From contig CAVOUE010000005.1 in the NCBI GenBank assembly GCA_963699545.1, positions 288,001 to 352,000 on the forward strand: a stretch of 64,000 nucleotides of DNA, given 5' to 3'. The notes under the pieces were generated by a model. The model did no database searches. It worked only from the letters and a program-made list of their open reading frames with translations, and had not been told where the DNA came from. Source of the stretch: Nitrospirota bacterium (lineage in GTDB: Bacteria > Nitrospirota > Thermodesulfovibrionia > Thermodesulfovibrionales > UBA9159). A program made the position numbers and the translations under genes. Numbering within the stretch: position 1 is the first letter of the stretch; each line of letters opens with the position of its first letter. Of the stretch, positions 41,159 through 51,681 are shown piece by piece.

Positions 41159-42461
41159 TTAGAGTTTTCTCCTGTCGACAACGCGCTTCGCCTTCCCCTC
41201 AAACCGGTCGAGGGTCTTCTTCTCGACCAGTTTCACGTCAACGGCAATGCCGAGTTCCGAAGAGAGCCTCCTCCTGATGAGGCCAACCAGTTCGCTCTGT
41301 TTCTTCATCTCGTCAAAGAATATGGACTCCGACACCTCAACAAGCACCGTCACATCGTCAAGGGCTCCCCTCCTGTCCACGATGATCTGGTAGTGGGGCT
41401 CCGTTCCTTCGATATCGCAGAGCACGGTCTCGATCTGGGAGGGGAAGACATTCACTCCCCGTATGATGAGCATGTCATCAGTCCTCCCCATCACCCTGGA
41501 CATCCTCATGAACTTCCTGCCGCAGGCACATGGGTCGGGCATCAGCCTCGTGAGATCCCTCGTCCTGAACCGTATAACAGGGAACGCCTCTTTTGTGAGC
41601 GTCGTGATGACCAATTCACCGATTTCCCCCGGGGCCACAGGTTCCAGGGTGTTGCGGATCAACCACCTCCACAAGGAAGTGGTCTTCGTTGATGTGAAGT
41701 CCGTTACGCTCAAGGCATTCGCCTGCCACGCCCGGACCCATGACCTCGCTCAGGCCATAGTTGTCCGTTGCCATGATCTTCAGTCTTGCCTGTATCTCCT
41801 GCCGCATCCCCTCGGACCATGGCTCTGCTCCGAAAAGTCCGTACTTCAGGGAAAGCGAATTCACATTGATCCCCATGTCCTGTATGGTATCGGCGATCAG
41901 GAGGGCGTAACTGGGGGTGCAGATCAGGGCCGTGGTCTTGAAGTCCTGCATGATCTTCACCTGCCGCCTCGTGTTGCCGCTGGAAATGGGGATGACCGAT
42001 GCACCGACTCTCTCTGCGCCGTAATGCAGGCCGAACCCGCCGGTGAAAAGACCGTACACCGAAGGCTATCTGGACCACATCGTCCTTTGTGATCCCTCCG
42101 GCAGTGAGGACCCTCGCCACAAGGTTCGACCATGTCTTTATATCGTTTTTCGTATATCCGACCACCGTCGACATCCCGGTGGTGCCGGAGGAGGCATGGA
42201 TCCGTACCACTTCCCTTAAGGGTACTGCAAACAAACCGTAGGGATAGTTGTCCCTCAGGTCGTCCTTCTGTGGTGAACGGAAGATTCCTGAGGTCGCTTG
42301 AGCGATGTGAAGTCATCGGGGTCTATCTCCAGCTCGTCAAACTTCTTCCTGTAGAAGGGAACGTTCAGATACACCCGGTGCAATGTGGATTGGAGCCTTT
42401 CCAGCTGGAGCTGTTCGAGTTCTTCCCGTCCTATGGTCTCATATTCAGGTTCCCAATACAT
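41159..42461 (-). CDS. paaK: Phenylacetate-CoA ligase family (split by three frameshifts)
   Basis: [50 protein letters not shown]. Confidence 0.85.
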
Positions 42462-42496
42462 GATAGCCTCCGTTCACAAAAAATTTCAGGGCAACT

Positions 42497-43234
42497 TTAT
42501 AGCTTCGTTTCCGCATCAAGATCTCTGCCGAGATATGCCCTCTGCACATCCCTGTTCGCGAGTAAATCCTCCGCCGGTCCCTCAAGAATGACCCTGCCGG
42601 TCTCGAGCACATATCCGCGGTCTGCAATGCCGAGTGCGGCTTTGGCGTTCTGCTCGACGAGCAAGACCGTGTTGCCCTCGTCCCTGAGCCTTGTAATGAT
42701 GGCAAAGATATCTTTGACAATCAGCGGCGCGAGCCCCATCGAAGGCTCGTCCATCATGATCAGCTTTGGCCGCGCCATGAGCGCTCGTGCGATAGCAAGC
42801 ATCTGCTGTTCGCCGCCCGAGAGGGTGCCGGCGTACTGGCGTTCCCGCTCCTTCAATATCGGGAAGAGACCATAGATACGCTCTAAGTCCTGCTGCACTT
42901 CCGCTTGCCTTTTCCTCCGGTACTGTACATACGCCCCGAGACCGAGATTCTCCCGCACGGTCATCGGCGCAAACACCTGCCTGCCTTCCGGCACGAGCGA
43001 ACATCCGAGCATCACGATCTTTTCCGGCGGATACCTCTTAATCTCCAGCTTGTCAAAGAGTATCTCACCATCGCGAGCACGCAGCAGCCCTGAGATGGTC
43101 TTCAGAAGGGTCGTCTTCCCGGCACCGTTGGCACCGATGATCGTGACAATCTCGGCGGTACTTACGTGCATCGTCACCTTTCGCAGGACTTTAAGCCTGC
43201 CGTAGCCCGCCTCCAGGTTCTTAATTCTCAGCAT
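42497..43234 (-). CDS. livF: Branched-chain amino acid-type ABC transporter ATPase
   Basis: GANGAGKT, VPEGR..F, LSGGEQQM, DEPSMGLAP. Confidence 0.9.
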   Translation of the reverse strand: MLRIKNLEAGYGRLKVLRKVTMHVSTAEIVTIIGANGAGKTTLLKTISGLLRARDGEILFDKLEIKRYPPEKIVMLGCSLVPEGRQVFAPMTVRENLGLGAYVQYRRKRQAEVQQDLERIYGLFPILKERERQYAGTLSGGEQQMLAIARALMARPKLIMMDEPSMGLAPLIVKDIFAIITRLRDEGNTVLLVEQNAKAALGIADRGYVLETGRVILEGPAEDLLANRDVQRAYLGRDLDAETKL

Positions 43235-43991
43235 CTTCCTCCCCGAGATACACTCTGACTACTTCAGGGTTCTTCTGGATGGCGAGAGGTCTGTCGTCGG
43301 CAATCTTCTGGCCGTAGCTCAGCACGATGATCTCATCCGAGATGTTCATGACGAGCGACATGTCGTGCTCGACGAGAAGAACGGTAATTCCCATGCCGCG
43401 GATCCTGCTTATCAGTCTTCCCATTTCAGTGGTCTCGCGCATGTTCAGTCCGGCAGCAGGCTCATCCAGAAGCAAGAGCTTCGGCTCGCAGGCCAGGGCC
43501 CTCCCGAGTTCAACTATCCGCTGCTGACCATAGGCAATGCTTGTTGCCTCTATATGGGCAAAGCTGGCAATACCAAGAAACTGCATGATTTCAAGACTCT
43601 TCTTCCTTATTCTCTGTTCCTCCTTCCACGTGAAGGGGAGATTCAGCATCCCTGCAACGAACCCGGCTTTGCTGTGAACGTGACGGCCAACCATGATGTT
43701 TTCAAGGACCGTCATCTTCGGGAAAAGCCTGATGTGCTGAAAGGTCCGAGCCATCCCTCTGGCTGCAATCTGATGGGGCTTGAGCCCTTGCACAGGGATA
43801 CCGCTGAAGACAACCGATCCACTGTCAGGCTGCATGAGACCAGAGACAAGGTTGAAAAGCGTCGTTTTCCCTGCGCCATTCGGACCAATCAGCGCCTTGA
43901 CTGTTCCCTCGGCAACGTCGAACGACACGTCGCTCACGGCCTGGAGGCCACCAAAACGTTTGCTGAGGCCCTGCACGGAAAGGACCGTCAC
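43221..43991 (-). CDS. livG: Branched-chain amino acid-type ABC transporter ATPase
   Basis: GPNGAGKTT, RTFQ, LDEPAAG, EHDM, YLG. Confidence 0.9.
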   Translation of the reverse strand: MTVLSVQGLSKRFGGLQAVSDVSFDVAEGTVKALIGPNGAGKTTLFNLVSGLMQPDSGSVVFSGIPVQGLKPHQIAARGMARTFQHIRLFPKMTVLENIMVGRHVHSKAGFVAGMLNLPFTWKEEQRIRKKSLEIMQFLGIASFAHIEATSIAYGQQRIVELGRALACEPKLLLLDEPAAGLNMRETTEMGRLISRIRGMGITVLLVEHDMSLVMNISDEIIVLSYGQKIADDRPLAIQKNPEVVRVYLGEEDAEN

Positions 43992-44009
43992 AAAACCTCC
44001 TCTTCGCTA

Positions 44010-45065
44010 TCATTTGGGCTGAAGAATCCGCCTGATATCCCCGAGGATATGCCGTCTGAGCAGTCCACCGGGTGCAAAGAGCATAATGAGGATAAGGATC
44101 CCTCCGAAGACCGCGTCGTCGAAGGAACCGAAGTAGCCGCGCAGCGAGAGGTAGTTGAGAACAAGGCTCATGACAAGGGCCCCCCAGAGGTTCGCCATAC
44201 CGCCGACCGCAACAATCGCAACGTAGCGCACCGATTTCATGACAGAGGCTTCGGAAGGACCAATACCTCCGTTATAATGTGTTAAAAGCACGCCCGCAAG
44301 CGCGGCGAACGCCGCGCTCAGCACAAAGGTCTTTAGCTTATACCGTGCCGTCGGGATTCCCACGGCATCAGCCGCATCCTCTGCACCATGAATTGATGCG
44401 AGGGCCCTTCCCACGCGCGAGCGGATCAGATTGAGCAGAAGGGCAACGCCCGCGGTCACGAGCCCCCATGCGATGTAGTAATTCATCACCCGGGATGAGG
44501 AACTGCCCGTGATTTCGACACCGGACAGCAGCCTGAAGGCGGGGACGTCGGAGATCCCGTCAGCTGCACCGAAGAGTTCAGAGGCGAGGACAATCCGGTA
44601 GACGATAATGCCGAAGCCGAGGGTGGCCATCGCAAGATAATGACCCTTTAACTTGAGCACGGGGCCACCAATGATATAGGCGATTATGATGGTTACGCAA
44701 AGCGCGACGATGCAAGAAGCCCAGGGGTTGACGGTGAGAAGGTCTCCCCCGTAGAGGTTGGGCCTTGTCGCGAGAACACCGCTCTTCGCCAGGATCATAA
44801 CAATGCTTTTACTCCTGTAGAGGGAAAAGTCATGTGTCGTCAAAAAAGCAGAGAGATAGCCACCTATGGCGAAGAACCCTGCGTGACCCAGTGAAATCTG
44901 GCCTGCATAGCCAATGAGCATGCAGAGGCCTATGATGAGCAGGGAATAGTAAGCCGTCATCGTAAGTTGCGTCAGATGGTAGCCACTGTCAGTGAACTGC
45001 GTCAGAAGTTGGATCGCGACGATAAGCGAGGAAAAGCCGAGGAGATGAAGGTGTTTCTCCTTCAT
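44010..45065 (-). CDS. livM: ABC transporter permease
   Basis: GYAGQISLGHAGF, L.G.YLAMATLGF, S..GRAL. Confidence 0.9.
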   Translation of the reverse strand: MKEKHLHLLGFSSLIVAIQLLTQFTDSGYHLTQLTMTAYYSLLIIGLCMLIGYAGQISLGHAGFFAIGGYLSAFLTTHDFSLYRSKSIVMILAKSGVLATRPNLYGGDLLTVNPWASCIVALCVTIIIAYIIGGPVLKLKGHYLAMATLGFGIIVYRIVLASELFGAADGISDVPAFRLLSGVEITGSSSSRVMNYYIAWGLVTAGVALLLNLIRSRVGRALASIHGAEDAADAVGIPTARYKLKTFVLSAAFAALAGVLLTHYNGGIGPSEASVMKSVRYVAIVAVGGMANLWGALVMSLVLNYLSLRGYFGSFDDAVFGGILILIMLFAPGGLLRRHILGDIRRILQPK

Positions 45066-45955
45066 CAGAATTCCTTCAGTCCGGCCGTCTCGGCACTGCC
45101 GAAGATGCCGCTCGGCTTTACGAAAAGGATCACGAGAAGTATGGAAATGGAGATGACGTCCTTATAAGCAGCGGGCAACACCCAGATGCTGAAAGATTCA
45201 AGGATCCCGAGGATCATACCTGCCGCTACGGCCGCCGTGCTATTGCCGAGGCCACCGAGAATGGCAACCGTGAAGCCCTTGATTGCCAGAGGCGTGCCGC
45301 TGTCGTATTGCACATAGGTTATCGGGGAAACGACGCAGCCGCCCAGCGCGCCGATAGCTGCGCTCAGTATGAACGACAGGGTCACCATGTTCTTTGCGTT
45401 GACCCCGCACAGCCTCGCCGCATCCCGATTCGCTGCGCACGCACGCATCTGCCTGCCAAGGAGCGTATGATTGAAGAAGACCGCAAGAAATGTAACAGTG
45501 ATGGCGCTGATTCCAACGACCCAGAGGACTTGAGGCGAAACATACACACCACCCAGGTTGAGAGAGCTCACTGAGGTGCCTGTAAAATAGGGCAAGGCCC
45601 TCACACTCGTACCCCAGATGTGAAGAGCACCCTCCCGGATGAGGATCGAGATACCGATGGTGATGATGATCAGACGCAACACCGACGGCCCGCGAAGCCA
45701 TCGAATAAAAACCATCTCGATGAGCGCTCCGATGGTCATCGTAATGAGCACCGCCGACAGGATAGCCGCAGGAAGTGGCATGAGATGATGGAGCGTTACA
45801 GCAATCATACCGCCGAGCATAACGAACTCGCCCTGGGCGAAATTGATGATGCCCGTCGCGTTGTAAATGATGTTAAACCCTATCGCCACGATCGCATAGA
45901 TCGTACCGTAGGTTATGCCCGCGACGATATACTGGGAAAAAAGTTCGATGCTCAT
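45065..45955 (-). CDS. livH: ABC transporter permease
   Basis: INFAQGEF.M, G..MRA.A.N..AA.L.G, KGF..AILGGLG. Confidence 0.9.
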   Translation of the reverse strand: MSIELFSQYIVAGITYGTIYAIVAIGFNIIYNATGIINFAQGEFVMLGGMIAVTLHHLMPLPAAILSAVLITMTIGALIEMVFIRWLRGPSVLRLIIITIGISILIREGALHIWGTSVRALPYFTGTSVSSLNLGGVYVSPQVLWVVGISAITVTFLAVFFNHTLLGRQMRACAANRDAARLCGVNAKNMVTLSFILSAAIGALGGCVVSPITYVQYDSGTPLAIKGFTVAILGGLGNSTAAVAAGMILGILESFSIWVLPAAYKDVISISILLVILFVKPSGIFGSAETAGLKEF

Positions 45956-45971
45956 ACCCTTCTCTCAAAGA

Positions 45972-46006
45972 ATCGGGAGTATCCGCGCAGAGCGGATACT
46001 CCCGAT
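45972..46006. terminator. Intergenic hairpin after the substrate-binding protein gene (terminator or mRNA stabiliser)
   Basis: ATCGGGAGTATCCGC-loop-GCGGATACTCCCGAT inverted repeat. Confidence 0.6.
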
Positions 46007-46027
46007 CAATAATACCTTGGAATTCGT

Positions 46028-47176
46028 TTACTTGCCGAGAACGGCGAACTTGCCGTTCTTTACCGTGAGCATCTCAAAGGAGCTCATGTCAAGGCCGTTG
46101 TGGTCTTCGGGAGAGAAGTTGAAGATGCCGGCGGTCCCGACAACGCCCTTCAGCCCCTCGATGGCCGTTCTGACCGCCTCCTTGTCTGTGCTGTTGGCCT
46201 TCTCGATAGCCTTGGTGAGGATCAGCATGGCGTCATAAGCGTGGCCGCCGAAGGTGCTGCATTCTTCCCCACGGTTTTTAAGTTCATACTCTTTCTTGTA
46301 CTTCATCAGGACAGCCTTCTGTTTGTTGTCTTTCGGAAGCGTCTCGGCAATGAGGAGCCTGCCCGCCGGGAAGATGACGCCTTCAGCGGCTGGTAATGCG
46401 GCTTCGACGTATTTGATGTTGCCGAATCCGTGGCTCTGGAATATCTGGCCATTGAAGCCGATTTGGCGGGCGTTCTTTATTACTATGGACTGGGCCGGTT
46501 CGATCGACCAGTTGATGATCGCTTCGGCGCCGGACGCCTTCACCTTCGTCACCTCGGCCGTCAGATCGGTGGCGGCCTTGTCATACACCTCATTGGCCAC
46601 TATCCGGATGCCGTGCTCAGCAGCAAGTTTCTCGATCTGCTCCTTCCCTGCCTTTCCGAAGCCGGTGTTGCTCGAAAGCACGCCCGTTTTGGAAAGCTTC
46701 ATCTTCTTCATCTGCTCAAATATCTTTATGACCGCATAGCTGTCTTTCTGAGGAGTCTTGAATACATACTTGGCTACGGGATTTACAATCGTCTCTGCCG
46801 CGGCGCAGGAAAGCAGGATGGTTTTACCTTCTTCGGCAACGTTCTTGATCTTCATCGTCTCCCCGCTTGTCGAGGGGCCGATAATTGCGAGCACCTTGTG
46901 CTCCTCGATCAGCTGCTTTGCGAAAGAGAACGCCTTCTCAGGGCTGGCCCCAGAATCCTTGACAATCAGCTCGATCTTCTTGCCCTTGATGCCGCCATTC
47001 TTGTTGATATCATCGACCATCATCACGAGCGTTTTCTCCTCGGGCGCACCAAGGAACGAGGCAGGCCCGGTCACCGCAAGAATCGCACCGACCTTAATCG
47101 TGTCAGCCGCGAACGCGGGAGCAACCGCGAACGCAACAAGGACTACTGCTGCAACATACTTCCATGCCTTCATCAT
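46028..47176 (-). CDS. LivJ/LivK-type ABC substrate-binding protein
   Basis: Signal peptide AFA-A; IKVG.I...TGPAS.LG, IN..GGI.G, DHNGL. Confidence 0.9.
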   Translation of the reverse strand: MMKAWKYVAAVVLVAFAVAPAFAADTIKVGAILAVTGPASFLGAPEEKTLVMMVDDINKNGGIKGKKIELIVKDSGASPEKAFSFAKQLIEEHKVLAIIGPSTSGETMKIKNVAEEGKTILLSCAAAETIVNPVAKYVFKTPQKDSYAVIKIFEQMKKMKLSKTGVLSSNTGFGKAGKEQIEKLAAEHGIRIVANEVYDKAATDLTAEVTKVKASGAEAIINWSIEPAQSIVIKNARQIGFNGQIFQSHGFGNIKYVEAALPAAEGVIFPAGRLLIAETLPKDNKQKAVLMKYKKEYELKNRGEECSTFGGHAYDAMLILTKAIEKANSTDKEAVRTAIEGLKGVVGTAGIFNFSPEDHNGLDMSSFEMLTVKNGKFAVLGK

Positions 47177-47210
47177 ATTACCTCCTTTTTGTGACAGGTT
47201 TTGTGATAGC

Positions 47211-47645
47211 TTATAGTGCATGAACCTCCTCCCCTCTCAGCATCCTGACGCCGGCCTTCTGGAGCACGGTGATGGCCTTTTCGATGTCGTCAAAACGGAA
47301 AATAATGATCGCATTTTCACCGCTTTTCTGGACAAAGGCATACATGTACTCGACATTGATCCTTTCGCCCTTTAGCGCGTTCAGCATCCCGGCAAGCCCG
47401 CCCGGTCGGTCAGAAACCTCGATGGCGACCACTTCGGTCTTCCCCACCGTGAACGCATTCTCCTTCAGTACCGCCTTTGCCTTTTCCGTATTATTCACGA
47501 TCAGTCTCAGTATCCCGAAATCGGCGGTATCGGCAAGAGAGAGAGCCCTGATGTTGATCCCCGCCTTCGCCAGGACTTCCGTCACCTCAGCAAGCCTCCC
47601 TGACTTGTTCTCAAGAAATATCGATATCTGCTCAACCTTCATCAT
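47211..47645 (-). CDS. ACT domain pair protein
   Basis: [27 protein letters not shown]. Confidence 0.9.
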   Translation of the reverse strand: MMKVEQISIFLENKSGRLAEVTEVLAKAGINIRALSLADTADFGILRLIVNNTEKAKAVLKENAFTVGKTEVVAIEVSDRPGGLAGMLNALKGERINVEYMYAFVQKSGENAIIIFRFDDIEKAITVLQKAGVRMLRGEEVHAL

Positions 47646-47701
47646 GACCTCCTGTTAACTCCTCTCTGTCCCCCCCCTAGCTAAAGGAGGGATGAAGGGG
47701 G

Positions 47702-49003
47702 TTAGAGTTTCCTCTTATCGATAACGCGCTTTGCCTTTCCTTCGCTTCTTTCGATGGTCTTGGGCTCAACGAGCTTCACTCTCGCGCTTATGCCAAGAAT
47801 GGAGCTGATCTCCCTTCTTATCCTATCAGCAAGCGTTTGCATTTTCTTGACCTCATCGGAAAATATCTTCTCCTCCACCTCAACGAGGATCTCGAGCTCG
47901 TCCAGTTCCCCTGCCTTTCTGTCAACAATGAGCTGATAATGGGGTTGCGTCCCTTCAATGCTGAGGAGCACATGTTCTATCTGGGACGGGAAGACATTGA
48001 TCCCCCTTACGACGATCATGTCATCGGTCCTTCCCCTGATCTTGCTTATCCTCGGGGTGGTTCTGCCGCAGCGGCACTTCTCATAGGTGATGCTCACATT
48101 ATCCCTCGTGCGGTACCGTATGAGAGGGATTCCCTTCTTAGTGAGGGTGGTGATCACGAGTTCTCCGACCTCCCCTTCACCCAGGGCCTTCCCCGTTTCA
48201 GGGTGAATCACCTCAGGGTAGAACACATCCCACCATATATGCAGGCCCGCCTTGTGTGTACACTCCTGGGCCACTCCCGGTCCGATGATCTCGGAAAGAC
48301 CGTACACATCGGTCGCGATCATGTTCCAAGTGGCCTCGATCTCCTTCCTCATCGATTCGCTCCAGGGTTCGGCGCCGAAGATCCCGATCTCCCAGCTGCT
48401 CTCCCGGGGGTCGAGCCCCATCTCCCGCGCTTCATCAGCCATATAGAGGGCGTAGCTCGGCGTACAGGCAAGTATCCTCGGTTTGAAATCCGTCATGAGC
48501 TTCAGCTGGCGTTTTGTCTGGCCGGAGGATGCCGGGATGATCGTCAGTCCCGCCTCAAGGGCGCCGTAATGAAACCCGAGCCCCCCGGTGAAAAGTCCAT
48601 AGCCATATCCGATCTGGATCTTGTCCCGCGGTTCAGCGCCTGCGCAGCAGATGGCCCTCGCCATCACCTCTGACCATAGTTTTATATCCTCCCTTGTATA
48701 TCCCACCACCGTAGGGTTTCCCGTGGTGCCGCTGGAAACATGTATCTCCTTGATCTTGTCCACAGGCACGGAAAAGAGGCCGAAGGGATAGCTGTCCCGC
48801 ATATCATCCTTTACGGTGAAAGGCAATTTCTGGATATCCGCTATGCCCCTGATGTCCCGCGGTCTCACTCCGAGGGCGTCAAACTTGGTCTTGTACGGGG
48901 GGCAGTTCTTACAGACATAGGAAACGATCCTGCGCAGTCTCTCTGACTGGACATCCTTCATCTCCCTCCGTCTCATGCATTCCATCTTTTCATTCCATAT
49001 CAT
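47702..49003 (-). CDS. paaK: Phenylacetate-CoA ligase family (second copy)
   Basis: SSGTTG, GYGLFTGGLG, YGLSEI.GPGV, RSEGKAKRVID.R. Confidence 0.9.
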   Translation of the reverse strand: MIWNEKMECMRRREMKDVQSERLRRIVSYVCKNCPPYKTKFDALGVRPRDIRGIADIQKLPFTVKDDMRDSYPFGLFSVPVDKIKEIHVSSGTTGNPTVVGYTREDIKLWSEVMARAICCAGAEPRDKIQIGYGYGLFTGGLGFHYGALEAGLTIIPASSGQTKRQLKLMTDFKPRILACTPSYALYMADEAREMGLDPRESSWEIGIFGAEPWSESMRKEIEATWNMIATDVYGLSEIIGPGVAQECTHKAGLHIWWDVFYPEVIHPETGKALGEGEVGELVITTLTKKGIPLIRYRTRDNVSITYEKCRCGRTTPRISKIRGRTDDMIVVRGINVFPSQIEHVLLSIEGTQPHYQLIVDRKAGELDELEILVEVEEKIFSDEVKKMQTLADRIRREISSILGISARVKLVEPKTIERSEGKAKRVIDKRKL

Positions 49004-49021
49004 GACTGCAAACTCACCTCC

Positions 49022-49642
49022 TCAATTGGATCGCGACTGCTCTGTTCTCTTTTCCTGAAGCGCGCTCACTGTCTCTCTTCCCCTGAGAAACGCCTCAGTA
49101 TTGACCTTGCGGACTTTTTCAGCCATCCGTTCACTGATCACCTGCAGGAATACCTTCTCATCCAAAGGCAGGAACGCCGACAACGCACCGACGAGGACCA
49201 TGTTGACCGCCCTTGTCTCCCCCATAGCCCTGGCGATCTCAAAGCCATCGACAGGAAAGACTGCGAGGTCCCGCTGTCGAAGCTGGTCAAGTATATCTTG
49301 TGGGTATTTTTCGATCCCCGTTGCAACAGGCGCGGGCAGGATCTGCTGCGTATTCACAATTACTCTGGTGTTCTTGTTCATGTAAGGGAGATACCTCAAC
49401 GCTTCCAGCATCTCGAAGGATACGACGATGTCGGCACTCCCCGGCTCGATGAGCGGCGAGTATACCCTGTTGCCGAAGCGGATGTGAGATACGACGGAAC
49501 CCCCCCGCTGCGCCATGCCGTGGACCTCGCTCTGCTTTACGTCAAAGCCGGCCTTCATGCAAGCCGCTGATAGGACTTCGCTCGCCAGCAGGATGCCCTG
49601 TCCCCCGACACCGCAGAGAAGGATGTTCACCGTCTTATCCAT
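49022..49642 (-). CDS. iorB: Indolepyruvate:ferredoxin oxidoreductase beta subunit
   Basis: GVGGQG, SEVHGMAQRGGSV. Confidence 0.92.
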   Translation of the reverse strand: MDKTVNILLCGVGGQGILLASEVLSAACMKAGFDVKQSEVHGMAQRGGSVVSHIRFGNRVYSPLIEPGSADIVVSFEMLEALRYLPYMNKNTRVIVNTQQILPAPVATGIEKYPQDILDQLRQRDLAVFPVDGFEIARAMGETRAVNMVLVGALSAFLPLDEKVFLQVISERMAEKVRKVNTEAFLRGRETVSALQEKRTEQSRSN

Positions 49643-51470
49643 CGTCCTCCCCTGCAACGACAATGGCCGTGAACTTGCAGAGCGGAGCGCATTGACCGCA
49701 GCCGTCGCACAACGCCGCATTGATCCTTGAATACCCCTTCTGGCTCACCTTGTACCCGAGCTGTTTCGCCTCCGCAGCGGTGAGCGGCACCCACTCAATT
49801 GCCGGACACCCGAGCTTGAGGCACGTCTGGCATCCGGTGCATTTCTCCGGTACAACGACATAGAGCTTCCTGCCCTTTCTCTTCTTCATTTCGGGCAGAA
49901 GGACGCACGGAGCTCTTGCGATAATGACCGAGGGTTCGGGACGTCCGATCTCCTGCTTCACGATCTTCTGTGTCGCCTCGATATCGTTCGGGTTGACGGT
50001 GCGGACATGTCGTACGCCGATGGCCCTGCAGAGCGCCTCGATGTCCACCGGTGTTACGGTATCACCCCTGATCGTCATGCCCGAGGAGGGATGGGGCTGA
50101 TGGCCGGTCATGCCGGTCGTCCTGTTGTCAAGAATGACCACGGTCGTAAAACCCCGGTTATGGACAATGTCAATGAGGCCTGTTATCCCTGAATGGAAGA
50201 AGGTAGAGTCGCCGATGACGGCGACGATCTTGCCGAGGCTGTCCTCACCGAGAGCCTTCTCCATGCCGAAAGCATTGCCGATGCCCGCGCCCATGCAGAC
50301 ACAGGAGTCCATTGCCGAAAGGGGCCTGAGCGCAGCAAGGGTATAACAGCCTATGTCGCCGGCGACAAAGACCTTGAGCTTTGAGATCGCATAGAATATA
50401 CCCCTGTGCGGGCAGCCCGGGCAGAGGTTGGGCGGCCTAAGCGGGATCGGCGCAGCCCCGAACAGGTCCTGTCTCGACTCGCCGGTGATCGCCTTTCTCA
50501 CTATATGCGGGTTCAACTCCCCGATGGAAGGGACCAGTTCCTTGCCTCTGCATGCAATGCCCATAGCCTTGACATGCGTCTCGATAAAGGGATCAAGCTC
50601 CTCGACAATAAAGAGCTCCCCGACCTTTGAGGCAAATTCCCTGATAATCCTGTCAGGAAAGGGGTATGCCATGCCGAGCTTCAGTACGGACGCTTCAGGA
50701 AATGCTTCTTTGACATAAAGAGAGGAGACGCCGGCAGTGATGAAGCCCTTCCTGTTGTTTCGCCATTCGATGGTATTCCCCGGGAATGTCTCTGCGAATT
50801 CCTTCAGCCTTGCCATCCGTTTTTCGAGCTCGACCCTCCGTTTCCGGGCATGCGCAGGGAGCATCACGAACTTCTCAGGCATCTTTTCAATGCCAAGGGT
50901 TGCTGAAGAGCGTTCCCTTTCGCCGAGGGTCACCACGCCCTTCACATGGGCAACCCTTGTAGTGGTGCGCAAGAGCACCGGGGTATCGAATTCCTCACTT
51001 ATCCTGTAGGCTGCCTTCAGAAATTCCTTTGCTTCCGAAGCATCTGCAGGCTCAAGCATCGGGACCTTTGCCGCGTATGCGTAGTTCCTGTTGTCCTGTT
51101 CGTTCTGCGAGCTGTGCATCTCGGGGTCGTCCGCTGTCACAATAACAAGCCCGCCTTTGACGCCGGTGTATGCAGCAGTAAAGAGCGGGTCAGCAGCAAC
51201 GTTCAGGCCGACATGCTTCATGGTCGCCAGCGCTCGGGCCCCGGCAAAGCAGGCACCCAGCGCAACTTCCACAGCGACCTTTTCATTCGGCGCCCACTCC
51301 GTGTATATCCCTTCATAGGCGGACAGGCTCTCCAGTATTTCTGTAGAGGGGGTTCCGGGATATGCAGAAGCGACCTTTACTCCCGCCTCGTAGGCTCCGC
51401 GGGCGATAGCCTCATTCCCCGAGAGCAGCATTCTTTCCTCTGTGGCGACTCTTGATTTCATTTTTCCCAT
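49635..51470 (-). CDS. iorA: Indolepyruvate:ferredoxin oxidoreductase alpha subunit
   Basis: YPGTPSTE, MKHVGLNVA.D, CPGCPHR, GDIGCY, GDSTF.HSG, C-terminal ferredoxin motifs. Confidence 0.93.
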   Translation of the reverse strand: MGKMKSRVATEERMLLSGNEAIARGAYEAGVKVASAYPGTPSTEILESLSAYEGIYTEWAPNEKVAVEVALGACFAGARALATMKHVGLNVAADPLFTAAYTGVKGGLVIVTADDPEMHSSQNEQDNRNYAYAAKVPMLEPADASEAKEFLKAAYRISEEFDTPVLLRTTTRVAHVKGVVTLGERERSSATLGIEKMPEKFVMLPAHARKRRVELEKRMARLKEFAETFPGNTIEWRNNRKGFITAGVSSLYVKEAFPEASVLKLGMAYPFPDRIIREFASKVGELFIVEELDPFIETHVKAMGIACRGKELVPSIGELNPHIVRKAITGESRQDLFGAAPIPLRPPNLCPGCPHRGIFYAISKLKVFVAGDIGCYTLAALRPLSAMDSCVCMGAGIGNAFGMEKALGEDSLGKIVAVIGDSTFFHSGITGLIDIVHNRGFTTVVILDNRTTGMTGHQPHPSSGMTIRGDTVTPVDIEALCRAIGVRHVRTVNPNDIEATQKIVKQEIGRPEPSVIIARAPCVLLPEMKKRKGRKLYVVVPEKCTGCQTCLKLGCPAIEWVPLTAAEAKQLGYKVSQKGYSRINAALCDGCGQCAPLCKFTAIVVAGEDDG

Positions 51471-51487
51471 AAGAAATACAGTTTTTT

Positions 51488-51516
51488 AGGTTATCACACC
51501 ATTGTCTTATTTTCAA
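51488..51516 (-). promoter_or_regulatory. Sigma70-type promoter for iorA operon
   Basis: TTGAAA-17 bp-TAACCT with extended -10 TG. Confidence 0.5.
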
Positions 51517-51681
51517 CAGCCACGTGCCAGAAGCTTTCCTGTGCTACTTCGCTTCCGCCTTGCTGAATTGACTTCAGCATCCAGAGGAGGCAACATCTGT
51601 GGGACCTTTCCGTCTCGGTGAGGCCGCAGTGGCGGAGGAATACGTTCAGGGTGAGAACAGCACGGTCTTACCCCGCTGCGA

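Noticed and set aside
51552-51625. Short strings reminiscent of tRNA-Sec (CTTCCGCC, GACTTCAGCATCCAG, CGTCTCGGTGAGGC)
   Set aside because: The pieces are in the wrong order, with no T-arm or cloverleaf; not a tRNA
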